NCBI GenBank assembly: GCA_965226495.1 | Contig: OZ245365.1 | Location: forward strand, 288,001-352,000 | DNA length: 64,000 nt | From: Candidatus Marinacidobacterales bacterium | Lineage (GTDB): Bacteria > Acidobacteriota > Vicinamibacteria > Marinacidobacterales > DATDRI01 | Reading direction: 5' to 3' | Made by a program: the position numbers and the translations under genes | The notes under the pieces: model-generated | What the model was told of the DNA's origin: nothing | The model's database searches: none | Seen by the model: the letters and a program-made list of their open reading frames with translations, nothing else | Shown here: positions 17,594 to 27,137 of the stretch, piece by piece | How the letters are laid out: every line of letters begins with the position of its first letter | Position numbering within the stretch: the stretch's first letter is position 1

Positions 17594-19570
17594 CTATTGA
17601 TGGGCGATCTCGTAGACCTTCGCCTCGATGAAGAGCTCCAACAGATCGGCGTCCACTTGTCCTCTCTCCGCGTCGCCTCTGAGGATATCGAGTGCCTTTG
17701 CGGTGGGGACCGCCCGCTTGTAGGGCCGATCGCGCGCGGCCAGCGCATCGAAGATGTCCGCGATCGTCATCATCCGTGTCTGGGGAGGGATTTCGTCTCC
17801 CTTCAGGTTGAAGCCGTAGCCGCTTCCGTCTAGCTTTTCGTGGTGTCTTCCCGCGATTTTCGGGATGTTCTCGAGCTCTCGAGTCCAGTCGATCTCAATG
17901 AGGAAGTTGAACGTGTGCGCGACGTGTTCTTGGATCTCCTGACGCTCCTCGTGAGTCAGCGTCCCCTTCGGGATGGAGAGGGCCTCGAGCTCACGGGGTT
18001 CGAGGTAGGCGCGGGGCGTTCCGTCGAGGTCGTCGAACCGAAGGTGCCCAATCTGTTTGATCTTCTCGAATCGCTCGACGTGAGTCACGGTCGGCTTGTT
18101 GCTGGCAAGGATTTCCGCCAAGGCCTCATCAACTTCGTTCACTCTTCGCCGCAGCTCCGCCTCCGTCGACGCAAGCTCTTCGGCGGAAAGCTCGCCTTTC
18201 GTTTCGACGATGCGGTTCAGGACCCCCCTTAAGAGCTGTGCTTCGAGCGTCCGTTTGATGGTTTGAAAGCGCTCCTTTATGAGATCGACCTGGCCGTAAT
18301 AAAGCTTAGTGGCTTTGACGAGAACTTTTGCGTCAACACCTACCTTACCGAAATCGTGAAGGAGGGCTGCGTACTTGAGCTCTTTGACCTGCTTCGAGTC
18401 CAGACGGAGGTCACGGTAGACGCCGTGGTTGGTTCGGTTGACGACGTCCGCTAGGCCGGTCGTCATTTTCGCAACCCGTGTGGAATGGCCCTTCGTGGTC
18501 GGGTCCCGACTCTCGATGGCATGTACCGAAGCCCACACAAAGTCAAAGAAAAGCCGGTCGATTCGTTGGTAGAGGCGGTTGTTATCGACGGAGACCGCCG
18601 CCTGACTCGCTAGGGAACGGACTAGCTGCTCGTCGAGAGCAGTAAAAGGTACGACTTCCTTCTCGAAGCTGTCCATCTCGGTCAAACGCGTCGAAGAGGC
18701 TTTCTTCTTGTTGATGAGCTGCAACACACCGATCGTCTCGCCTCCCTGATTCAGCATCGGCACCACCAACATCGAGCGGGTACGGTAGCCGGTGGTCTCG
18801 TCGAAACTTCGGTTGATAGTGAAGGGCTTATCCGGCGGGATGTTGTAGGCATCCTCGAGGTTCAAGGTAACACCGGTCTCCGCTACATAGCCCGCGATGC
18901 TCCCGGGACTGATTCGCAAAATGTCTTCTTCAAATTGAAACTCCCGCGAATCGTTCTGCGCCAGACGAAACTGCAGCCACTTTCCTTCCACCCTTTGCCG
19001 GTCACCCATCCGGTTCTCCGGGCCGATGGGTCTATCGATGCTCTCGACGAGGAACAAGCTGCCCGCGTCCGCCTGCGTAATCTCGCGGCTCTTGGTCAAG
19101 ATGAGATTCAAGAGGCGCTCATGGTCGCGCTCGGCGGAAAGGGCGATGCCGATAGCGTTGAGCTCTTCTAGCTCGCGCGCTCTTTGTTCAGCAGCCTTCT
19201 GTGACTCCAAGAGGTTCTGCTGTGATGCCAAGAGATGGCTTGCGTTTCGGAGTGTCCGGAGTAGGTCCTTTTCCCGCGGCTTGTCAGGCAGGACATCGAA
19301 GACGAGCTCGTCGAGAACGAGTGGCACTCCGTCTCCATCGTCGCCAACTGCCAAAACTGGGAGAGCGAAGGGTGACGACTCCTTAGCGAGGTGGCGGAGC
19401 TCGTCGGAGTGCTCCCGGAGAAGCTCCACGTCCACGACAAGAAGGGCCCCGGACTCGGGACAGGCGTGGGGAGCCGAGAACTCACCGACGGTGAACTCGC
19501 GGTGGATCGCAGGGTACTCTTCCGAGGAGAGCCACCCTCTTTGCTTTGACCACACCAGAAGTTGGTGCAT
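17594..19570 (-). CDS. GAF + HD-GYP cyclic dinucleotide phosphodiesterase
   Basis: GAF (DAY..F..SFD..TGYRTRSML.VPM), GHSTRV, LHDFGK, HHEKLDGSGYG and ADIFDAL..RPYK; start uncertain (19570 or 19633). Confidence 0.9.
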   Translation of the reverse strand: MHQLLVWSKQRGWLSSEEYPAIHREFTVGEFSAPHACPESGALLVVDVELLREHSDELRHLAKESSPFALPVLAVGDDGDGVPLVLDELVFDVLPDKPREKDLLRTLRNASHLLASQQNLLESQKAAEQRARELEELNAIGIALSAERDHERLLNLILTKSREITQADAGSLFLVESIDRPIGPENRMGDRQRVEGKWLQFRLAQNDSREFQFEEDILRISPGSIAGYVAETGVTLNLEDAYNIPPDKPFTINRSFDETTGYRTRSMLVVPMLNQGGETIGVLQLINKKKASSTRLTEMDSFEKEVVPFTALDEQLVRSLASQAAVSVDNNRLYQRIDRLFFDFVWASVHAIESRDPTTKGHSTRVAKMTTGLADVVNRTNHGVYRDLRLDSKQVKELKYAALLHDFGKVGVDAKVLVKATKLYYGQVDLIKERFQTIKRTLEAQLLRGVLNRIVETKGELSAEELASTEAELRRRVNEVDEALAEILASNKPTVTHVERFEKIKQIGHLRFDDLDGTPRAYLEPRELEALSIPKGTLTHEERQEIQEHVAHTFNFLIEIDWTRELENIPKIAGRHHEKLDGSGYGFNLKGDEIPPQTRMMTIADIFDALAARDRPYKRAVPTAKALDILRGDAERGQVDADLLELFIEAKVYEIAHQ

Positions 19571-19629
19571 GAAATGTTTCCTTTTCCGTCGGCGGGGCGA
19601 CGCTATGCTATCGGTTTGGCGCCGCCCGG

Positions 19630-20517
19630 TCAAACTTCAGTCTCGACGATACGGCTCTGACGCACGAGGTAGACGCTCGCCAAAAGGACGGCCGCTCCCA
19701 AAATCTGTCTCACCGATACGTTCTCGCCGAGGGTTAGCCATGCGATCGCGAGCCCCGCCACCGGGGTAAGGTTCGAATAGACCGCGGTGCGTGTGGCTCC
19801 TACACGGGAGACGGCGTAGTACCAGAAGAAATATGCGGCGGAGAGCGCGAAAACGAAGGAATACGCTGTTCCTAACCAAGCCGTCCACGGAACCCGCTCG
19901 AACGGGACGCGAAGGAGCGACGGAATACCGAAAGGGATATAGAACAATGATCCAAGGGTCATCGTATAAGCCGAAAGCCGGAGCGGGCCGAGCCGACCCA
20001 ACAGGCTCTTGCTTGCCACCGTGTAGAACGCCCAGCAAATCGCTGCAGCAATTATCAGAAGATCACCAATAGTGTCGCCCCCGTTTGTAGACGACGGGTC
20101 CATGACGAGATAGACTCCGAAGACCGAAGCGGTGACGCCGACCCACGTCAACGAAGACGACCTTTCTTGTCCCGTCATGTGTCCGAGCACGGTTACCACG
20201 ACGGGGGTCATTGAAATAAGCAGCGCAGAATTGCTGGCGCTCGTCCGATCTATACCGAAAACGAAAGTGAACTGATAGAGAGTGTGACCCAACAGGCCTA
20301 ATAGCAGCAATCTTGGGAGATCGGCGCGGGACAGCACCCTAGGCTTGTCGAGTAGCGTGAATGCCAGCAGGAGAGTGGAGGAGCCAACGAGACGGATGGT
20401 ATTGAAAGCGAGAGGTGGGAGGTGCGAGAGAACCGCCTTGACGACGCTGAAGTTCGCTGCCCAGATGAGGACCGTCAGCAGAAGCACGACGTCTACGGTG
20501 CCGAAACGACGGGTCAT
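19630..20517 (-). CDS. EamA/DMT family transporter
   Basis: About ten TM helices; IWAANF, GDLLI..AAICWAFY and NLTPV. Confidence 0.9.
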   Translation of the reverse strand: MTRRFGTVDVVLLLTVLIWAANFSVVKAVLSHLPPLAFNTIRLVGSSTLLLAFTLLDKPRVLSRADLPRLLLLGLLGHTLYQFTFVFGIDRTSASNSALLISMTPVVVTVLGHMTGQERSSSLTWVGVTASVFGVYLVMDPSSTNGGDTIGDLLIIAAAICWAFYTVASKSLLGRLGPLRLSAYTMTLGSLFYIPFGIPSLLRVPFERVPWTAWLGTAYSFVFALSAAYFFWYYAVSRVGATRTAVYSNLTPVAGLAIAWLTLGENVSVRQILGAAVLLASVYLVRQSRIVETEV

Positions 20518-20621
20518 CGCTTTTGGGGGCGAGTCAGGCGCGGCAAACCATAGCGTTTGCCATAAGGACTCCGGCCATGCGGCAGAGATGGCAACCCGGT
20601 GACTCTAGGGGGCAGGGAGAG

Positions 20622-21512
20622 TTACATCATTCTCTTGATGATTCTCTGCGATTCTTCCTTGCCCAGGCCGAGTGGGCGATGCGCGATGGGGCCGCCTTCC
20701 TCGAGAACCGGTTCCAGCTGATCTAGGGTCGGGCGACTCACCTCGTGAAATAGCCCGGTGTAGATGGTGTCTCCCCACTCCATGGCTTTTTCGCAAGCCG
20801 TTTTCCAATCGGTGGGGTCGTGGCCCTCGTCCTCTAATTTCTTCACACGCGGCCGAAAGAAGGCGTAGGTGTTGTCGTGATTAAAGGTCACGCAGGGGCT
20901 GAAAATGTCGACCAGGGCGAAGCCTTTGTGTTGGATGGCCTTCTTTATGAGGTCCATCAGGTGTTTGGCATCCCCGCTGTACCCTCGAGCCACGAACGTA
21001 GCGCCGTTCATGATGGCCGAAGTGATCGGGTTGACCGGCCTCTCGACGTTGCCGAAGGGCGTGCTCTTGGTCTTCATCCCCATTTCACTGCTCGGGGAGA
21101 CTTGTCCGGTAGTGAGTCCATAGATCTGATTGTTCATAACCAGATAAGTCATGTCGACGTTGCGGCGCGCGGTGTGAACGAAATGATTGCCGCCGATGCC
21201 GTAGCCGTCGCCGTCGCCTCCGGTGGCGATCACCGTCAAGTCGTGATTCGCCATCTTGACGCCCGTTGCCACCGCCAAAGCACGACCGTGGAGGGTATGC
21301 ATCCCGTAGGAGTTGAAGTAACCCGGGAAGTTCGACGAGCAGCCGATGCCGCTCACGGTCACGATTTCGTGAGGTCGGAGTCCCATCTCGGCGGAGACCT
21401 TCTGAAGGGTATTGAGAACGCCAAAGTCCCCGCAGCCCGGACACCAGTCCGGCTCCACTTTTCCTTTGAAATCCTTGGCTTTCAGCTCAACGGCAGTCGG
21501 TGCGCTAGACAT
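20622..21512 (-). CDS. 2-oxoacid:ferredoxin oxidoreductase beta subunit
   Basis: WCPGCGDF, SGIGCSS, HGRA, GGDGD and NNQIYGLTTGQ. Confidence 0.95.
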   Translation of the reverse strand: MSSAPTAVELKAKDFKGKVEPDWCPGCGDFGVLNTLQKVSAEMGLRPHEIVTVSGIGCSSNFPGYFNSYGMHTLHGRALAVATGVKMANHDLTVIATGGDGDGYGIGGNHFVHTARRNVDMTYLVMNNQIYGLTTGQVSPSSEMGMKTKSTPFGNVERPVNPITSAIMNGATFVARGYSGDAKHLMDLIKKAIQHKGFALVDIFSPCVTFNHDNTYAFFRPRVKKLEDEGHDPTDWKTACEKAMEWGDTIYTGLFHEVSRPTLDQLEPVLEEGGPIAHRPLGLGKEESQRIIKRMM

Positions 21513-21524
21513 GTTTTCTCCTCT

Positions 21525-23315
21525 TCAAACCATGATTTCCTGGAAGGGAACATAGTGGTCCGTTTTTCCGGCCATCTGTTCGAGCACGCCCTCGACGATG
21601 TGATGAGGCATGAACGGTTCGCCATCATATTTACGAATATGCCCATCGACGTTGAGGCCGGTCTCGCTCCGCAGATAGCGGAAGAACTGTCCGGAGTGGT
21701 TGTTCTCGATGATGATCGTCTTCTTGGCGCGGTTGACGATGTCGGTGATCGCATGTGCGTGCAAGGGTACGATCCACTTGACGGCGAGCTGGTTGGCGGT
21801 GACTCCCTTTTCTTTGAGCTGCGCGATCGCTTCTTTGATCACGTCAGCCGTAGAGCCAAAACCGATGAGGGTCACGTCAGCGTCGGGGGGGCCTTCGAGC
21901 TTGGGTGGCGCGATTTCGTTCACCACGTTCTCGAACTTACGCGCTCGCTTTTCAACCATCTTTCGACGCTTGTGAGGATTGGTGAACTCGTCGCTGATCA
22001 GAATTCCGTCTTCGTCGTGCTCGTCGCTGGCCACCACGTGGACATGGCCTTCGACTCCAGGAATCGCACGAGGAGAAATCCCGCTCTCGGTGTTCTTGTA
22101 GCGCATGTAGTCGTCTTCGACTCCAGGGGGTCCGGGCTTGGTGACCAACTCGCCGCGATCGATCTTCGGATGCATGTCGATCGTATCCGGATCGGCGCTG
22201 AATGTTCCTTCCGAAATCAGCAAGTCGGAGAGCACGATACCCGGACACTGAAACTTGTCGACGAGGTTGAAGAGCTCGGGAATCGTGTCGAAGGCGTCCA
22301 GAGCGTTCTCGGGTGCAACGATGAAACGTTGGAAGTCACCCTGGCTGGCGCCGAGCATTTGCCACAAGTCACCCTGCTCGGTCTTAGTAGGAACCCCGGT
22401 GGACGGACCGGCCCGCTGCACATTAATGAAAACGACCGGAATCTCCATCATGCCCGCCATTCCGACGGCTTCGGTCATCAACGCGAAGCCTCCACCAGCA
22501 GTGGCGCACATGGACCGGGCCCCGGTGTGGGCCGCCCCGATGGCCATGTTGGCGACGCTAATCTCGTCTTCAACCTGGCGAACCATGATTCCGAGCTCGC
22601 GAGCGTTCTTGGCCATCCAGTGGAGGACGCCGGTCGCCGGGCTCATCGGATAGGCGCAGTAGAACTTGACGCCTGCCGCCGCACCACCCATCGCCAAGGC
22701 ATCGTTGCCGGTCCAGACCGCGAGCGGCTTGGCTCCTTCCGAGATAGGTTCCGCGTAAGGCTGGAAGTTCGCCTGCGCATACTTAAACCCGGCGCGAGCC
22801 ACCCCGACGTTCTCGTCTACCACTTCCTGGCCTTTCCGCTGGAACTGCAACGTCAGTGCGTCCTCGAGAGTCTTGAAGTCCATCCCGAACAAGAACACGG
22901 TCACGCCGAGGGCGACGGTGTTCTGCACGAGCTTGTTGCGACTGTTGTTGCTGAGCTCGCCCACCGGCATCGCGCACAACTGCACGCCTTCCGCCGTTTT
23001 CCCCGGTTTGACGGTGTCACTATTGAAGATGACGCTGGTTCCTGCTCCCATCAGCCCAAGGTGTCGATCCATGGTGTCTTGATTGAGACACATCAGCAGG
23101 TCGAGCTTGTCTCCATGGGAGTAGACCTCTTGGTCGCTCACTCTGACGGTAAGAAAGATGTGCCCGCCTCGAATGATGGATTGATACGCGTTGTACGCGT
23201 TCAAGTGGAGTCCACGACGGACGAATATGCGAGCAAGGATGTTTCCCGGAGTTGCGATTCCTTGTCCAGCGGCTCCCCCGATGGCGAGGGCGAAGTCGTA
23301 TTTCTTAGAACTCAT
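21525..23315 (-). CDS. 2-oxoacid:acceptor oxidoreductase alpha subunit (gamma-alpha fusion)
   Basis: GGAAGQG, GNDA, YPMSPAT, QVEDEI, QRAGPSTG.PT and ENN..GQ. Confidence 0.95.
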   Translation of the reverse strand: MSSKKYDFALAIGGAAGQGIATPGNILARIFVRRGLHLNAYNAYQSIIRGGHIFLTVRVSDQEVYSHGDKLDLLMCLNQDTMDRHLGLMGAGTSVIFNSDTVKPGKTAEGVQLCAMPVGELSNNSRNKLVQNTVALGVTVFLFGMDFKTLEDALTLQFQRKGQEVVDENVGVARAGFKYAQANFQPYAEPISEGAKPLAVWTGNDALAMGGAAAGVKFYCAYPMSPATGVLHWMAKNARELGIMVRQVEDEISVANMAIGAAHTGARSMCATAGGGFALMTEAVGMAGMMEIPVVFINVQRAGPSTGVPTKTEQGDLWQMLGASQGDFQRFIVAPENALDAFDTIPELFNLVDKFQCPGIVLSDLLISEGTFSADPDTIDMHPKIDRGELVTKPGPPGVEDDYMRYKNTESGISPRAIPGVEGHVHVVASDEHDEDGILISDEFTNPHKRRKMVEKRARKFENVVNEIAPPKLEGPPDADVTLIGFGSTADVIKEAIAQLKEKGVTANQLAVKWIVPLHAHAITDIVNRAKKTIIIENNHSGQFFRYLRSETGLNVDGHIRKYDGEPFMPHHIVEGVLEQMAGKTDHYVPFQEIMV

Positions 23316-23498
23316 CAAATGTCTCCATAAGGTCAGATCAGACGATACGAGGCAGAGGGAAGCCCAACCGATTTACGCCTAATTACGATGTTGCTCTTGG
23401 CGGCCAGAAAGAGTCAGGTTAGCCTCGACCTCGAACCCTAAATCTTAGCATCCTCGGACCCCGATACCAAGGGGGGCGTCCTGCCGCGTTCGATAGTG

Positions 23499-23543
23499 CC
23501 GCCTGGCTAGCTCGATATTGGCAACTTGGTATTTTGGCGGCCA
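23499..23543 (+). repeat. Isolated copy of the ~45-bp hairpin unit
   Basis: CCGCC-TGGCTAGCTC-N19-TTTGGCGGCCA. Confidence 0.65.
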
Positions 23544-23654
23544 GAGGGAACCAAGGAGCATCCAAAGCCTACTGGACGCCCGACACGATCTGCAGCCCCG
23601 GCAGTGGGCTGGGGCAGAATCGGAGCTTTGGCTGAACGGATGGAGTCGGCGGTC

Positions 23655-25037
23655 TTAGCTTGCGTGCTGCTGTTTGCGGAAGGCTTCTGGCTGGATGCCG
23701 TATTTCTTCATGACATCGTAGAAGTCTTTCCGATCCTTCTTGGCCAGCCGGGCAGCCTGGCTGATGTTGCCCTGGCAGATACGGAGAACTTGAGAAATAT
23801 ACTCTTTCTCGAACTCCCGCTTGGCTTCCTTGAAGGATTGGAACTTGTTTGAGGAAACCGGAACGTGGAAGAAAAGATCCTCGGCGGTGATGACGTTGTT
23901 GCGCGTCAGAACCATGGCTTGCTTGATCTTGTTCTTGAGCTCGCGCACGTTTCCCGGCCACTGATATGTCATCATCTTCTGGATGGCGGCGGGCGAGAAT
24001 CCCTCCACCACTTTTCCCAACTCCTTGTTGAAGTCGCTGAGGAAGTGATTGATGAGGAGCGGTATGTCCTCTTTACGCTCCCGGAGTGGTGGAATGTTTA
24101 CGGGGATGACGTTCAAGCGGTAGAAGAGGTCCTCGCGGAACGACTTCTCGGCTATGGCTTGGATCAGATCTTTGTTGGTGGCGGCGATCACCCGGACATC
24201 CACCCGGATGGGGCGTGTCGATCCGATTCGCTTGAATTCGCCATCCTGCAAGACGCGCAGGAACTTGACCTGAAGGGTTACCGGCAGCTCCCCGATTTCG
24301 TCCAAGAACAGCGTGCCCCCATGCGCCTCTTCGAATAAGCCCTTCTGATCGGTTCGGGCGTCGGTGTAGGCGCCTTTCACGTGGCCGAAGAGCTCGTTCT
24401 CGATCAGGTTTTCGGGGATCGCTCCGCAGTTTTCAACGACAAAGGGTCGATCGGCGCGCTTGCCGGTATAGTGGATGGCTCGCGCCACGAGCTCCTTACC
24501 GGTGCCGGACTCACCGTAAATGATAACCGGGACGTCGTTTTGCGCCACGATGGAGGTTTGAGTGAGCAGCTCCTCGATCTTCGCACAAGCACCCACAATG
24601 TAGTCGGACTTCCGCCGGCTCATGATCTTGGTGCGGACCTGCCGGGCCTCGGAACTCGTGATTTGATGGTCTAGCGCCTTTTTAACCTTGGTGACTAGAT
24701 CTTCCACGTCGAATGGCTTGGTGACGTAATGGTAAATACCGTCCCGCATGAGCTGCACGGCTTCGTCCACCTCGGCGTAGGCCGTCATGACGATGATGGG
24801 GATATTCGGATTGAACTGCGCTACCGCCCTCACCAACTCGTCCCCTCGGAGCTTGGGCATCCTCAGGTCCGTAATTATCAAATTGAAGACTTCCTTACGG
24901 ATGAGGTCGAGCCCCTCTTCGCCGTTGGGAGCCGTATGCACGGCGTAGCCCTCGCGCTCCAGACGCTGCCGGAGCATGCGTTGCATACTGGCATCGTCAT
25001 CGACAACAAGGACCTGCGACCCAGTGGGTTCGTTCAT
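23655..25037 (-). CDS. Sigma54-dependent response regulator (GlrR-like)
   Basis: REC (VVDDD, DLRMP), GESGTGKE, ELFGHVKGAYTDA, LFLDEIGE, FREDLFYRL, WPGNVREL and GNISQAARLA. Confidence 0.93.
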   Translation of the reverse strand: MNEPTGSQVLVVDDDASMQRMLRQRLEREGYAVHTAPNGEEGLDLIRKEVFNLIITDLRMPKLRGDELVRAVAQFNPNIPIIVMTAYAEVDEAVQLMRDGIYHYVTKPFDVEDLVTKVKKALDHQITSSEARQVRTKIMSRRKSDYIVGACAKIEELLTQTSIVAQNDVPVIIYGESGTGKELVARAIHYTGKRADRPFVVENCGAIPENLIENELFGHVKGAYTDARTDQKGLFEEAHGGTLFLDEIGELPVTLQVKFLRVLQDGEFKRIGSTRPIRVDVRVIAATNKDLIQAIAEKSFREDLFYRLNVIPVNIPPLRERKEDIPLLINHFLSDFNKELGKVVEGFSPAAIQKMMTYQWPGNVRELKNKIKQAMVLTRNNVITAEDLFFHVPVSSNKFQSFKEAKREFEKEYISQVLRICQGNISQAARLAKKDRKDFYDVMKKYGIQPEAFRKQQHAS

Positions 25038-25080
25038 TGTTACGGCTCCGTTTGTCGTACTGTTGGGGGTGTGGGGAAAA

Positions 25081-26277
25081 TTATACATTACTTGTCTCTC
25101 CAATGGAAACGCGTGTTAGGTCTAGGGGGCGAGGCTTCGCTGGAGCGTTCGTCCTCGCGAGAACCCGCCTAACACGTTCGGTCGGGCCATGTCTCCAAAG
25201 CAGAGTCAGACCTCGCCGAACCGACGGCCACTGGTTGGGGGGGTGTCCTGCCGTGCGGGTGCAAAGGGTCTCCCAAGCCAGCGCCAGTCCGTCCCGAGGT
25301 CCCGGGGTCCAGCGGATACGCACCCAGGGTGAGCCAAAGACAGATTCAAGAGCCGGATTCAGAAGGGATTCGGTCCTTAGCTTCGTGGCACGCCTCTGCT
25401 GCCAGCGGCCCACGAAAGGCTTTAAGGATTCAAGGGCTTTCCCGATTTCCTCCGTCGGGAAAAGATGGTGGCAAAGTGAGAGTCCCCCGTAAACGAGAGG
25501 AGCCAATCTAGGGGCGGAGGCTTGGTCGATGAAACGATCCCAGCGGAGCTCTGTCTGCTGGGAGAGAAGGTATGCGTCGCAGGCGTTGACGGCCGGCTGT
25601 CGGAGTCCGTGCTGGAAACTCCCGTGCAGGCATAGGTGGAGCAGGTGGTCTTCGAGCGCTAACGTGCGCGCCGCCAGGTGCACCGTGGGGATCGAACGGT
25701 CGAAAAGGGAGCCGGCTTCGACTCCCACATAGTCTGGGCAGCTTGTGAGGCTCGTGTGCAGCTCTAAATAGGTGCGTGTTTTTCGGTGTTGTAACGAGAG
25801 CGCATGATCGGTTGTTTGATGGTGCTGGTAGCCGAGCTCCTTCGCCAAGTGTGCGACGTAAGCCAAGTCCTCGCTCCGCACCAGAATGTCTAGGTCACCC
25901 ATCGGCCGGAGTGCCGGACTCGGGTAGAGCCATCCCGCGAAAGAGGCACCCTTTAGCAACACCAGAGGAACTCCACCCTTTCGGGCCAGCTTGATGAGCG
26001 ACTGCGCATGCTCGAACAAGTGGAAATTGTGGACCAAATTCGTGTAATACGCGCTCTCGAGCGATCGCCAAACGGGCTGGGGTACGGACTTCTGGAACGC
26101 GAGCCGACGAATACCCTCGAACAGAAGGCTCGCCAAACGGTGCCGTCGCGCCGACGCCGCGATCCAGGGCCAGTCGGCGTTGGCCAGGTCGCTGCTTTTC
26201 TCGAGCTCTGGTTCGTAAGGCTCGCCCAGTCCCGCCCGAACCAGTCCCAGATAGAGCCCGAAATCGTCTCGACTCAT
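25081..26277 (-). CDS. Uncharacterised nucleotidyltransferase family protein (NTP_transf_5-like)
   Basis: LLKG...LYP.PALRPMGDLDILV, LELH and HLCLH. Confidence 0.85.
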   Translation of the reverse strand: MSRDDFGLYLGLVRAGLGEPYEPELEKSSDLANADWPWIAASARRHRLASLLFEGIRRLAFQKSVPQPVWRSLESAYYTNLVHNFHLFEHAQSLIKLARKGGVPLVLLKGASFAGWLYPSPALRPMGDLDILVRSEDLAYVAHLAKELGYQHHQTTDHALSLQHRKTRTYLELHTSLTSCPDYVGVEAGSLFDRSIPTVHLAARTLALEDHLLHLCLHGSFQHGLRQPAVNACDAYLLSQQTELRWDRFIDQASAPRLAPLVYGGLSLCHHLFPTEEIGKALESLKPFVGRWQQRRATKLRTESLLNPALESVFGSPWVRIRWTPGPRDGLALAWETLCTRTAGHPPNQWPSVRRGLTLLWRHGPTERVRRVLARTNAPAKPRPLDLTRVSIGETSNV

Positions 26278-26741
26278 TGATCCCCTCTTTCAAGCTGCGG
26301 TGCCCGAGGGAGGAAACGGCGCACGTTTTTTTTCCATTGGACAAGCTTTGGATAATAGCGGTTCAAGACGAGACCAATGTGGCGGGCCAGGCCGCCCGTC
26401 AACGGTATGAAAAAGGGTTCCTCGATCCCGAGGACCCGCCCGAGCACTTCAGAGACTTCGACCGGGCCGTCCGCTTGGCCAGACGAGTCGCCCTTGGTCC
26501 ATACGCGGCTCTCGTCGCACGCCAAGACGCGATGCGCCACGAGACGGCCCCCGGCGGTGCGGAAAAACGCGATGTCGCCGACCATGGGACGTTCATTGGA
26601 CGGGGCGATTCTAAGGACCGTACCGCTTCTCAGAAGCGGTTTCATGCTCGACCCGGAGACCCTAAGGCTAAGAGTCCATCCGGAACGGAGCAGTGATTCG
26701 GCCAGAGTCCGGCTGGTTTCAGTCTGTTTCATCAGTGCCAT
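26274..26741 (-). CDS. S24/S26 family peptidase
   Basis: VSGSSMKP, VGDI, VAHRV, TKGD and DGP..VLGRV; no clear TM anchor. Confidence 0.85.
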   Translation of the reverse strand: MALMKQTETSRTLAESLLRSGWTLSLRVSGSSMKPLLRSGTVLRIAPSNERPMVGDIAFFRTAGGRLVAHRVLACDESRVWTKGDSSGQADGPVEVSEVLGRVLGIEEPFFIPLTGGLARHIGLVLNRYYPKLVQWKKNVRRFLPRAPQLERGDQ

Positions 26742-26777
26742 CTTTCGTCGGATACTCCACTTCCGTCACCCCGATAC

Positions 26778-26793
26778 TGCAAGTGGCGTGCCA
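26778..26793 (-). promoter_or_regulatory. Sigma54 promoter
   Basis: TGGCACGCCACTTGCA, a consensus match 37 bp before the peptidase start. Confidence 0.8.
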
Positions 26794-27137
26794 TTGGACC
26801 TCCAGGCAGGCGGCGTAAGCAACTAAGAATGAATGAATTACAGCCGTGAGGGATTCTAGCAATGGGCACCCTCCCTCACAGCGTGTGGAAATTCACACCC
26901 ATGGCGAGAGGGGTGCTTCCCCCGCAACGATCCAGCCACCCGCGATCTTGAATACGTTTGCCCCTATCCACTTGTAAAAAAGAACGTTAGCCGTTGTTGG
27001 CGGGTCCTGCCGCAACCCCCGTCCGGTATGTGGGCTTAAGCCTACAATCGTTGGCAGAAATTCCCCCCGAAGGGGGACACTACTCGGATTTCAAAGCGAA
27101 AGGGCAGGCCTTGATTACGGGCGCCGGCTTGCCGCCT

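Noticed and set aside
20877-23330. 817-aa plus-strand ORF
   Set aside because: Antisense shadow of the oxidoreductase genes; no recognisable motifs
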